From assembly GCF_964355755.1 (NCBI RefSeq), contig NC_092671.1, forward strand, positions 24,626,070 through 24,690,069: a stretch of 64,000 nucleotides of DNA, read 5' to 3'. Numbering within the stretch: position 1 is the stretch's first letter; the number at the start of each line of letters is the position of its first letter. Shown here piece after piece: positions 1 through 12,500 of the stretch. A program made the position numbers and the translations under genes. The stretch comes from Antedon mediterranea (taxonomy: Eukaryota; Animalia; Echinodermata). The notes under the pieces were generated by a model. It had not been told where the DNA came from and ran no database searches. It saw nothing but the letters and a program-made list of their open reading frames with translations.

Positions 1-1562
1 CTATGTATACAAGTTATAACATACTGCATGCAACGAAATCCACGTTTTTTTAATCATTGTCCTAATGCAATTCGGTATGTATTTATACTTTTGTACTTGA
101 CAAGGTCAGAGCAGTTTTTAACAAAGGTTGTGATATGATACTTTATTAACTTTAAATTGAGTTTTGTGTACCTGACATTTTGGCGGCTAGGGCAGTTTAC
201 ATTTCGCTTCATTCAGTGTGATTATGATGATGCAATACAGGCTAAAAATAAAGACGAAAACAGTTTATTCATTGTAAATGTGTTTTGTTTCTATTGCATT
301 CATGTGCAGCATAGTTTGTTTAAGCATAATGAACATTTATTTGAATAATCTTCTTCTAAATTCATAAGTGGTGACGTGTTATGTTATTTAAAAATGTTTG
401 TCATCTCGCCTCACACCACCGGTTATATCTATATACTGTATAATATGTAAATTGCGCAAAGATTACCTTGCGCAATTTCAAATTACATATAGGGTTGTGC
501 ACAATAGCGCAACGATTTTAAATCGTACACACAACATTTACATTTATTGTATAATATAAATTTATTTAATTTATTTTTTATTTATTTAATAATACAGTAT
601 CAATATTCATCACTATCATGCCTACTTCGTCTAGGCTTATGTCATTTCCTCCAGTTATGAACTTAACTTATTTTTGTTAAAGAAAATGATATTCGCACCT
701 TGAACGATCGTTTTTACATTATAACTGCGTATGTTTGCACAGTGGACTATACATTTTTACAGATTTGCATGTTTGAGCGTGAAATGTTTGCACAAATGTG
801 GTTGTTAGTTAGCACATTTGAGGGCAAAATATTTGCACAAATGTGGTTAGTTAGTACATTTGAGGACAAAATGTTCGCACAAATGTGGTTCATTTTACGG
901 CTCATTAGGGTATTTATTTGATACATGTTACCATAATACACTCAACGAAATAAACGCCACCCAGACACAGAGGGGGCATATACAAAATACAAATTCGTTT
1001 AACAAATATAATTCTTTTACTTTCATTTCTTATAAATGTAGGCCTATGCGTATCAGATTTATATGACCTTTGGTTATCAAGTACACTGAAAATACCTATT
1101 GCGCTGTTTTAAATATTCTGCGCAATTTGTATCAAGTATTTCATTTAATCTGCAGTTCATTTCCTTTAAAATAAAAGAACATATATAAAACTAGCAATTA
1201 CACTCGCACCAGGGCGGATTTCAAATTTAGTTTAAAATCTTCAGTAAAATTCTAATTAAAATTCGATAGCTTTCATATTTCCCGGACTCCCTATATAATA
1301 CTCACCAACCTCTACCCTCTTCAATCGGATGATTTAAAAAATCCATCCCAGTACAACTTTTGCTTCATAATGAGATAGGCCTACACAGCATGATAGGTCT
1401 GTGATGGTTTAAGTACTTTGCAAGTGTGTAAATGAATAGGTGTCATCATATTGTCAATGATAAAAATATATAATTTTGAAAAAAAACATTCTGAGGGGTT
1501 ATGGGTTGGAAGTGATGGCTCAACATAATTTGTACTTGAAACGTCTTAAACACATCACCTAG

Positions 1563-3696
1563 TCCGTATCCGGATATTCACCCCCTGGACATTTACCCCC
1601 CGGAAAACCACCACCCGGACCACTACCCCCTTAGGACACCTACCCCTTTAGGACAACTACCCCCTTAGGACAACTACCCCCTGGACAACTACCCCCCGGA
1701 CAATTACCCCCCCCCCCCGGGTAATTACCCCGCGGACGACTACCTCTGACACAATACTCCCCGTAGGACAACTACTTCCTGGACAATACTCCGAGGGCAA
1801 ATAATCTTTTAGGACAACTACCTCCGTAGGACAACTAACCCCTGGACAACTACCCCGGACAATTACCCCCTGACAATTACCCCCGGAGAATTCTCCTCCC
1901 CCCTCCCCCCCCCCCGGGTAATTACCCCGCGGACAACTGCCTCTGACACAATACTCCCCGTAGGACAACTACCTCCTGGACCTGGACAATACTCCGAGGG
2001 CAAATAATCTTTTAGGACAACTACCTCCGTAGGACAACTAACCCCTGGACAACTACCACCCAGAAAACTATCCCTTTAGAACAACTACCACCCAGACCAT
2101 TCAACAACCTGACTCTGCAACAGCGTATAATAGGAATTAATAACTATATTTTAATTCGTTACTTTGACGAATTACTATTCATTATTGTAAACAAAAGTAA
2201 AAGATTGAACATAAATATAGCCTGGTATAAACCGAAGATTGTCACACAAGATCATAGGATAGTCGAACGTATTATATAGTACTCCCTGTATTTACTGTAA
2301 AGACTGGGTTCGCTAATAATAATAATAATAATAATAATTTTTGCGTCAGGACAATGCTTCGATAACCACTGGTCTTAAAAGAATTAATTTTTGTCTCAAA
2401 TTTGTCATTTGTATTTTTGTACACTTGAAGAATAATATCACTTTTGATATTTGACCTCAATGTTCACTCACCGAATAAACGGCGATCTTTAAATAAATTC
2501 CCCTCAAATAAACGGTGACCATGTCACTCCCATGACACATCATATGGAATAATCGGCGTCTATTTCCATTAGATTATACCCCCTCCCATTGAATAAACAA
2601 CTTTCTTCCAATAAATGTCCACCTAAAAACCACCTAAACAATAAACAGCCCAGGCCGTTTTTTCAATAAATACGGTACTTTAAATCTAGCACATCTAGGG
2701 TCTAGCGTGCTGTTAAACAGAATAATCGGTTAAAAACGGGTGTTTCGAAACTAGAGACCCGAGACCAGAGACCCGAGACCCAATACGAAAAGAGAGACCT
2801 AAATATACGAAAAGGGAGACCCACGTACGAAAAGGGAGACCCCACTATACGAAAAGGGAGACCCCACTATACGAAAAAGGAGACCCTAATATACGAAAAG
2901 GGAGACCTAAATATACAAAAAGGGAGACCAAATATACGAAAAGTGAGACCCAAATATACGAAATGGGAGACCTAAATATACGAAACGAATTAAAATATAG
3001 TTATTAATTCCTATTATACGCTGTTGCAGAGTCAGGTTGTTGAATGGTCTGGGTGGTAGTTGTCCGTCCGGGAGGTAGTTGTTCTAAAGCGATAGTTTTC
3101 TGGGTGGTAGTTGTCCAGGGGTTAGTTGTCCTACGGAGGTAGTTGTCATAAAAGATTATTTGCCCTCGGAGTATTGTCCAGGTCCAGGAGGTAGTTGTCC
3201 TACGGGGAGTATTGTGTCAGAGGCAGTTGTCCGCGGGGTAATTACCCGGGGGGGGGGGTGTAATTCTCCGGGGGTAATTGTTCCTAGGGGGTAATTGTCC
3301 GGGGGTAGTTGTCCAGGGGTTAGTTGTCCTACGGAGGTAGTTGTCCTAAAAGATTATTTGCCCTCGGAGTATTGTCCAGGAAGTATTTGTCCTACGGGGA
3401 GTGTTGTGTCAGAGGTAGTTGTCCGCGGGGTAATTACCCGGGGCGGGGGGGGGGGGGGGGTAATTGTCCGGGGGGTAATTGTCCGGGGGGTAATTGTTCC
3501 TAGGGGGTAATTGTCCGGGGGGTAGTTGTCCAGGGGGTAATTGTCCTAAGGGGGTAGTTGTCCTAAGAGGATAGTTGTCCGGGGGGTATTTGTCCGGGGG
3601 GTAGTTGTCCTAAGGGGGTAGTGGTCCAGGTGGTGGTTGTCCGAGGGGTAGTTTTCCGGGGGGTAAATGTCCAGGGGGTGAATATCCGGATACGGA
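1563..3696. mobile_element. Fold-back structure: inverted arms (1563-2160 and 2984-3696) built of GGACAACTACCCC-type subrepeats around an ~820 bp spacer
   Basis: Outer ends TCCGTATCCGGATATTCACCCCCTGGACATTTACCCCCC and its reverse complement; inner ends ...CAGCGTATAATAGGAATTAATAACTATATTTTAATTCGTT and its reverse complement. Confidence 0.8.
2783..2983. repeat. ~21-22 bp minisatellite (ATACGAAAAGGGAGACCCA...), resuming at ~3691-3757 beyond the right fold-back arm
   Basis: Direct repeats visible on both sides of the 2984-3696 arm. Confidence 0.85.
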
Positions 3697-3844
3697 AAAG
3701 AGAGACCACACTATACGAAAAGGGAGACCCTAATATACGAAAAGGGAGACCCAAATATAGGTCTCCCGTTAAAAACAGATGATTTCATTTTTACAGAAAC
3801 CGGTCCTATATATTTGTCTACTTTTGGATTGGGAGGGGGGGGGA

Positions 3845-4095
3845 GGGTAGTTGACCGGGGGGTAGTTGTCCGGGGGGTTGTTATCCTAAGGGGGTAGTTG
3901 TCCTAAGGGGGTAGTTGTCCGGGGGGTAGTTGTCCGGGGGGTTGTTATCCTAAGAGGGTAGTTGTCCTAAGGGGGTAGTTGTCCGGGGAGTAGTTGTCCG
4001 GGGGGTAGTTGTCCTAAGGGGTAGTTGTCCTAAGGGGGTAGTTGTCCGGGTGGTAAACATCCGGGGGGTAACTGTCTAGGGAGTAGGTGTCCTAG
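3845..4095. repeat. G-rich tandem repeat (GGGGGTAGTTGTCC/TAA), same family as the fold-back arms
   Basis: Repeated 15-17 bp units. Confidence 0.85.
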
Positions 4096-4326
4096 AACCA
4101 TATAGGACCATAAGTCATAACTTTAAAAAATACTTATTTTCATTCATTCACACATAAAATCGGGCGGTTTCGAATTAATGTTCATTGCCTAATGTGTTTA
4201 TATATATATATATATAAACAAATCAGGCACAGAACATTAATTCTAAACCGCCCGGTGATATACTGAAATTTAATTAATTAATTTGAAACGATAAAGATGA
4301 GGAAATCTGTGAGAATGAGAAAAAGT

Positions 4327-4398
4327 CGCCCCAACCGAGACTCGAACTCGGACCGCCTGCTTGATATGCAGATGTCCTAACCATTAGACCACTGGGGC
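4327..4398 (-). tRNA. tRNA-like gene, anticodon ATC (Asp if functional), copy 1; probably repeat-derived
   Basis: GCCCCAG TG GTCTAATGGTTAGGAC A TCTGC ATATCAA GCAGG CGGT CCGAG TTCGAGT CTCGG TTGGGGC G folds as a cloverleaf; A and B boxes present; T5 run a few nt downstream. Confidence 0.65.
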
Positions 4399-4608
4399 TT
4401 TCATGGTATTGTTCGAACTCGATTGGATAGCGACTCTTTAACATTCTCGGCGTGGTACGGCGGAACAGCACTAGTCCTCAGTTGTATATATATATATAAA
4501 CACAGTAGGCAAAGAACATTAATTCTAAACCGCCCGGTGATATACTGAAATTTAATTAATTAATTTGAAACGATAAAGATGAGGAAATCTGTGAGAATGA
4601 GAAAAAGT

Positions 4609-4680
4609 CGCCCCAACCGAGACTCGAACTCGGACCGTCTGCTTGATATGCAGATGTCCTAACCATTAGACCACTGGGGC
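4609..4680 (-). tRNA. tRNA-like gene, anticodon ATC, copy 2 (within an ~280 bp tandemly duplicated unit bounded by (TA)n)
   Basis: Near-identical to copy 1; anticodon stem TCTGC/GCAGA fully paired; T5 terminator. Confidence 0.65.
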
Positions 4681-4750
4681 TTTCATGGTATTGTTCGAAC
4701 TCGATTGGATAACGACTCTTTAACACTCTCGGCGTGGTACGGCGTATATA

Positions 4751-4939
4751 TTTACCGTTTTGATTTAGCTTTTCGCTTTTTATTTTTGTATCTCCATTGA
4801 GATCTAGCCACTGATACCCACAGCATTGTCATTTTTTTCAGTAAATTACTGAAATAAATGACAATGCTGTGGGCATCAGTGGCTGGATCTCAATGGAGAT
4901 ACAAAAATAAAAAGCGAAAATTTAAATCAAAACGATAAA
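4751..4939. repeat. ~190 bp near-perfect palindrome
   Basis: Arms ...TGTATCTCCATTGAGATCTAGCCACTGATACCCACAGCATTGTCATTT / AAATGACAATGCTGTGGGCATCAGTGGCTGGATCTCAATGGAGATACA, centred on CAGTAAATTACTG. Confidence 0.9.
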
Positions 4940-4959
4940 GTAAACAGCCAGAAAAGTTA

Positions 4960-4996
4960 GCAGAGCTTTCGGGCAACACTAGCCCTTCATCAGTGC
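4960..4996 (-). ncRNA. Minimal type-I hammerhead ribozyme motif (Penelope-like pLTR type)
   Basis: Minus strand GCA CTGATGA A GGGC TAGTGTT GCCC GAAAGCTC TGC: core CUGAUGA/GAAA, stem II GGGC/GCCC, palindromic AGCU stem III, short stem I GCA/UGC. Confidence 0.7.
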
Positions 4997-5076
4997 AAGT
5001 GAAGGAATTTGGATAACGTCATAGTATAAAGCTGGCAAGTGCTGCCTGGGTATATATATATATATATATATCCAAT

Positions 5077-5121
5077 CTGCAGACAGTACTGTTTCGATCT
5101 TATTAGATCTCGTCAGTGCAG
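5077..5121 (-). ncRNA. Type-I hammerhead ribozyme with intact core
   Basis: Minus strand CTGCA CTGACGA GATCT AATA AGATC GAA ACAGTACTGT C TGCAG: stem I CUGCA/UGCAG, core CUGACGA, stem II GAUCU/AGAUC, GAAA, palindromic stem III, GUC cleavage site. Confidence 0.88.
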
Positions 5122-6510
5122 CTCAGGTTTCGAAATGAAATGTACCGCAGAACTGGCACAATATATAGGCTGAGCCAGGTATGCGGGACATGGTACACTG
5201 ATTATGAACACAAAGAGTGCGCACAAGCTCAACGAGCGTGCTTTGCAAAATGCTAATACTGTAGTACTCACAACATATACATGTATAGAATAGGTGAAAT
5301 TACGGAACCGACATATTTTCACATTTTTTGGTATGATGACGTTGACAAAATCAAGCATGCAGATGACAATTTCGGAAGATAATGATTTGAGCAAAAAGAA
5401 ATGATTAAAAAAAATACACGTAGAAGCGCGATGCGATGCGTATAACTTTGACGAAAGAAATAAAACATTGACGAAAACGTCAACTGGCCATATGATAACG
5501 TCACAGCATTATACCTCCATGGTCACAGCATCCGATAGGCATAATTGTTATATGTATTCATATCTACATGATCAGTTTTCATAATAACTTAGAAATCAAG
5601 TTTAGGCCTACCTTTAATTCTGAAGAGCCGTAAGATACTGTATTCTGCGTTATTCAAGTTTTTAGGCGTGATGGATTCATCAAAATAAAATTGTGGCAAT
5701 TCATGAGAAAGATAATTAATTAAGCAAGCACGTATTACAATTTGAGGGAAAATCGGGCACAAATAAACAAGATGCTCTCTGTTGAATGTGATCATCGTCT
5801 CAGGGCCGAATCGTCCCAGATTTAATCTGTTAAATATTGTACTCTGTAATCATTTTGTAGGGAAATTATACCTTGCCATCCATTACCATCCAATATGCTT
5901 GTTTAGCAACCACTACCAACAAACTTTTTCCGTTTTTTTTAAATATCCTATTTAGATTCGATTATAAATTAATACATTGAATTTTTGTCACCATAATTTA
6001 TGTGTGCGTTTACAACCCCATAGACCTAATTACACTGTCAACATTATTTCAAAAAGTTTTTATTCCAATAATATTTTTTTTTTAAGTTTCTATATTATAT
6101 TTGCGAATTATTATAGGGATGTTAAAAGAGTGGTCGTATTAATTATATAAAAAATCCTGAAATTTAACCTAAAAAAATGGGAACAGTAAATGAACAGTCC
6201 CGATGGCATTCATTATACCCATCCATGAATCCATGAATAATTCATACATACCCCCTCTAAATTATTATTTCTTTGCAGCAGTTAATGGAAGTGTCCACGA
6301 CGCATGTGCGATATGAGTTTTGTTTGCGGTCAGTACACATGCATTGTATTGATCGAGTCAGCGACTCTCGCAGCTGGGTTTAGTGGCCTTGTTAGTGTTG
6401 GTAATAGCGGGTAACTGGAGTTTCACACACACCGCACACACATAACAAAGAAAACAGAAGCTGTACTCCTCTTCTTTCGTTAATGGTGACAAGTGACACT
6501 TTTATTCAAA

Positions 6511-9500
6511 ATGAGTATGTAGATAATTGTTGTATCATTCAGAACCAGTTTGTATTTATTTGATCTATTATACGTGTAAAACAAGTTAAGATTTGTTTGT
6601 TGTGGTAGCTCAGTTCAGTCGATCGACACGACTTAATTATGATGTTGTCTAGACTTATAAGTCTCGGTTCATGTGCTGAAAACACAATTAGGGATTCCCT
6701 TTGGACTAGCTAGGCCTAGGTTATTAGGGGAATTAGACCCGCTTACCTTAAACATATTATACGCAACCATAATATTCCGGCACCGCTGTTTCCTCAAGTT
6801 AAAGAACTACCTTAATTTACGATCGTCTTACCGCTGCTGAATGTTTGAATATCCATATTTTGTTGAAAATTACAAATTTTTACCATTAAAAAATCATGAT
6901 TCAATGTTAGTAGTTGTTGTTTGTTGTTTGTTTCTTTATTTCCATTCACAACAAAAAAACCATTAACATACATAAATATTCATTACAAAAATGAAAGAAT
7001 GGAAAGGGGGAATCTCTGAAGCACAGCTTATAAGTAGAAACCCCCTGTTAGAAAACAGTATATAAATAGTAATATGAACAAAAGGCACAACGGCATAGGC
7101 AAACAAAATGTAACTTTTAAGAAAAAGAAAAAAAAGCAAACAATCCTTTTTTTTTTATCATATTTATGTTTATGGTCTTTCTATTTTGAAGAAATTGCCA
7201 AATATAGAAGAATAATAAAAATATTATTAAGACTGTCATGTGAATATAGGCCTACTTGAGATTGTATGACTGTGTAAGTATAGGGTTGGTTCAAGCATGG
7301 AGGTATACCTCCATGGTTCAAGTATGCTATTTTACGCTTGTAGGGGTAGGCCTATGTTTCACTCAACACTGATGCAAGTCCTTAATCATTTGCCCATGGT
7401 TTTGGTAATAATAACCTTCACATTATTAACACTGTTGTATGATGTTGTGTGCTTATTCCGAAATTAGAGATGCCACATGAGGCACTTGTGAAATCTGACA
7501 AGAAAAGTAACCGATATTTGAATCTTTGATACGTTCACAGAAAACACATTTGAAGAGGAGTGTAATTCTATGGAAGAAGACAATGACAGCTTAGACGCCA
7601 GTCCGGGGTTAAAAGCAAGACGATCACTTCTCACAGGTCATGGAGTTACTCTTAAGATGCTAATGGATGATCATTTTGTTGAGCCTGGAAATGGTTGCCT
7701 TTCAATTGATTATCTGGTAATTGTAACTATTTTATTCTTTGCATTTTGATCATGTATTTATTTGTAATTATAAAATATAGGAAAGGTCTTATATTTTAAC
7801 TGATATCTTATGTCCAGAGTAATGATTCAGTTGCTATTAAATGTTAAAGAAATATTCTTTTTGTCTTAATTCCGGTTGACGAATGATATTGATGCTTTTT
7901 TACTTTACATAGAGATTTATCAGACAAATTTTACTGGTAACCCCTTCAAAATATTTTCAGTTTAAATGGGTCAGGTGCAAAATGTACTTTAAATTATAAT
8001 TATAATAATTAACATTTATTGCAGGGTCAAAAGTTCAAAGCTGATCTCCTAGAGAGTGGACAGATACAATGGGAAGGACACAACCACTTGTTCAATTCAC
8101 CTAGTGCTTGGGCAATACATGTGAAGAAACTTGTCAATCCTGACAAGAAATCTGGCTGTGGTTGGGCATCTGTGAGTAGTTTTGGCAATGTGTTCAACTT
8201 TTCTAAATGACCGAATTAAATGTGCAAATTCAAAACTGGGTACACCACCAAGACATTCATTGTGGTACATCTATGATCTTAATCATGTGTGATTTTGTTT
8301 CTTTGGGATGGTTTCTATACAACTTAAAAGCAAATAACTGGTTAAAATGTAGTGTGTGAATAAATTGCCTTTATTTTGTTGACACGACAGCAGAAACAGA
8401 AACAAATTCAAACTAGAAAGCCACTCCGAGAGTGCATACCTCCGCCTACTGTAAAATTCTCCTACATAAGATTTCTCCGGGAAAAAAATATATATTTATA
8501 TATATTTGTGTGTGTCTTAATGCTGATTATAAATGATTTAGGCTAATTTCACTACAAGCATGTGTATGCGAGTTTGGTGTAATGGTTATGTAACAATTAG
8601 CCTTTCAATTAACAATAGCTTCAGTTGACTAACAATAGAACAGCAACGCGAAAATCAAACGAGTGAATTTGAAAAGAAATAGGTTTTTTAAACTACTCTC
8701 ATCAAAAAAGGTGCACGTTAAATCAAATTATGTTTTAAAATTACAAATCACCAATTATAACTCTTGCCTCTTGTACAAAAATGAAGTGTTTTGGACAAGT
8801 AGTTCTTGAGAAAATGCAATTTCAGTTTAGTTGTTACTTTAAGACTGCTCGCCGGCTTTTGAAAAATTCTGTCCTATCTTTTATCACTAGCAGGTCTGAA
8901 AAGTATACTAAAAAGTGGTCCAGAATTGGGACCATGGTCCCAAATGGTCCCAAAATTTAATGGAATGGTCTTTGACCACATATCTATCTGTATATTTATG
9001 TTGGTAAAAATCTTGTAATTACTTTTTGAGTAATCCTGCTAACAAACAAACAGACAGACAAACAGACAAGCAAATGAAAGCACTCAGAAACTGAGTGAAG
9101 TACTTGGCAAAATATATCCACTGACTGGGAGCATGTTGAAAGATACAATTTTTGCTTTAGGTATTATCTTTACATGGTTAAAATACTGATAAGGTTAATA
9201 ATTTGTTTAAATAATTTTTAATGCAAACAATTCCGGCATTGCAACAATGACCTTTCTAAAATCAAGTTTGACCAGAATAATGGTCGAGGAGTGTCTTGAA
9301 GCTGTACCGATTTGCGGCGCCTCTGCCTTAACCCATGTAGTAATATATCAATTTACCTGAAAATCAATAGGCATGTTCTGTAAGTATATACCTGATGAAA
9401 TAAGGAAGGACACACGCTGGTGCTAACAAAACTACTTATCAACTTACAATAGTTTAATTTGAATAACAATAGAACAGCAACGCCAAAAACAAACGGGTGA

Positions 9501-12500
9501 ATTTGAAAAGAAATAGGTTTTTTAAAACTACTCGTATCAATAAACCTGTAGATTAAATCAAATTATGTTTTGAAAATTACAAATCACAATTTATAACTCT
9601 TGCCTCTTGTCCAAAAATGATGTTTTTTGGACAAGTAGTTCTCGAGAAAATGCAATTTCAGTACACTTGTTACTTTAAGACTGCTCGCCGGCTTTTGAAA
9701 ATTGTCTCCTATCTTTTAACACTAGCCGGACTGACAATAATATCATTTTTATTATTTGTGAAGTTATTAATAAACCAATTTTGTTGATTTTCAATAGGCA
9801 TGGTCTGAAGGTATATACCTATCTACACCCAAAAATTTAGAACGATAACTTGAAAACTGTAGGCGCTATCGTGCTAACAAACAAACAAACAAACATACAA
9901 ACAAAGTGAATACTATACTTGGCAAAATTCTTTTTTGCCAAGTAACAAACACATATACCTCCTTGGCGGAGGAAAATAATAGAAAGGCATTCTCAAATTA
10001 AGTGTTTTTAACATTTATCTACTTTTTGCTGTGTAACTTTGAACTGCAACGCAAATTAACAATTGTTATTTATTATTAGTGTGTTCATTGCATACTAATA
10101 ATATGAAAACTTATATTGAGCTGGTGTCAACCACTCATGGCGCTTTGTGCATTAACAACGTGTACATCAGAGAATAGTGACGTCTTCATACTGATGATGT
10201 CATTCATAGTGATTTCACAGTGATTACAATCCCTTGTCAATGCACCAACTAATGACTGAATGCAGACCAAGGCTCTTATTACCACCAAATAATGACTGAA
10301 TGCAGACCAAGGCTCTTATTACCACCAACTAATGACTGAATGCAGACCAAGGCTCTTATGACATATTTGTTGTACAGTTGTTTTTTCAGTTTGATAAAAT
10401 AAAACTTACCTTGCCAATCTCACTTTTCTTTTCAGGTTAAGTATAATGGTAAGAAGTTAGATTTAGTTAAATCATCCTGGCTTAGAAAAATGGGACAGAA
10501 GATGGCATCTGGTTTAACACCACCTCTGGTAATGTTCATGGTTCAGTTTTTATTCATTTCTTTATTAGCCATAAATTACAAAAGTATGTAGTCTGAAGGA
10601 ATGACCATAGTTTAAAATAACTTTGACCCTTAGGCCAGTTGCTCTATCTCAGAAAATAAAATTCAAAATATAAATTTACATAGAAATACTAAGCACTAAA
10701 ACATTACAACTTACAATAGACTATCTGATATATACAAGATATTGCTTAAAATTATAAAATTGAGAAAATACATTAGATATTATATATACAAAAATGTTAT
10801 TTAAATATATTAAATTAAATGTTGAAAACACAAAAAAAAGAGATTAACCAATTAATCTATGGTTGTCCATACATTCTTTTTTTCTAAGCATAAATTAAAT
10901 GTAATGTTAAGATTGGACTATAAAATAACTTAGGTTGTGTAAAATTGTGTTTGATTTAACTTATGTAGGAAATTAGATTAACACTATTATAGGCTATAAT
11001 CTTTGGTTCAATCTCACATAGTTCAAATATCTCTGTACAAACTTATCAAAAAAGTTATAGGTTATTATAATGGCAGTTTCTGAGAGGAAGAGTTGGTTAT
11101 TATAAAATAAATGATGTTTTTTCTGCTAATAACAGACTCCTTCATCTGAAATTAATCTGTCTATGGATGAAAATGGTAGTTACTCTGATTCAATGGACTG
11201 TAATGGAGATAAAATTGATAACGAAGGAGCAGTTGATCTGAGAAGTGAAGCTACCAAAGCAAGAGTACCAACAACTGCAGACAAAAAGTAATAATAGTAC
11301 ACTATTAATGATAACATTTAATATATGTGAATTGATTTTTTTATTTGAACCATAATCCTTTTTCATGTTTTGATCATCTACTTTCTACTTTCTACTTGAT
11401 CTGCTACAATTATGCATTCTAAGGTGTTTTCATTCCCATGTAAAAAAAGGTGTTTTCTTTGTTACAGAAACAATACAAGAGAAGACATAATTAACAAAGA
11501 TGACAAGTTACAAAACAATGGTAAGACTGAACTGTTTTATATGAAGCTGATTTCTTCTTCAGGAGTCAAAGTAGCTTAGCACAAAAATTACATTTAATTT
11601 TATACTTATTTTTCAGAAAATCTCCAAAATAACAATGGAACAAAAGCAAAACCAAAGATTATGACCTATGCAAACTTATTGAAGGAAAAATCAAAACTGT
11701 AAGATTTAAATTTTATTTGAAAGAAAATGATGAAAAAAATGGTATTATTATACTGTACTAATAAACAACTGTTTATCATAAAACTATGCTTTGAAGATTG
11801 TTGTCTGTTTTTGCAGTTTATCAACAATGCAAGTTGAGTGTATGCAGTTTAAGAAAATTGGAAAAATTCAACCATTTACTATTTCAATATCAACCAATTG
11901 TCTTTTGTTAATGGTAAGCTGTTGAATAAAAAATTGTAAACATTGAAAATATAGAAATAATTATGTGAAATGTTCCTTTCTACTCATAATATTACAAATA
12001 AGACTGATTAACCCTTTCACTGCATGTTCCCGGTATTACTGGGTATGAACAAATATTGTTGATGTGCTTATACTTGGTATTACCGGGTATGGGAAAAACA
12101 ATTATTTAATCATATTTGCCTATAATATTTAGCACCTTCTATAGTTTTTCAATAAAATTGAAGATATTTGCAATTCATTAAAACTATTTTATAGCACAAC
12201 ATGCGCCCTCTACAGATGTTAATATCGTGTTGAAATTTCTATTTCAGCTTGCACCCTCTATTGCATTCAATCAATCATTTTGACCTTGAAAATTTGTGTT
12301 AGTATTTATTTTAATCCATAATATACACAATACATTACAATTTGAAATTAACATGGTTAATGGTATAGCAGAGGATAAGAATTTAAGCTGGGAAGCTTGT
12401 TTCAGAAAAATAATTTGTCTATAACACAGATTTTTTTGAAAATGTAATTTTTCAACAATTTTGACCCAAAACTTTGATTTATGCATAATATTTTATAAAA

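Noticed and set aside
1657-3754. Gly/Val/Cys-rich ORFs
   Set aside because: Translations of the G/C-rich fold-back repeats.
5113-5504. Minus-strand ORFs and a GTGAGT donor near 5270
   Set aside because: No recognisable protein or partner exons; a divergent gene cannot be supported.
7469-7506. Possible extra MPND exon
   Set aside because: It would leave a 34-nt intron, and read-through hits a stop.
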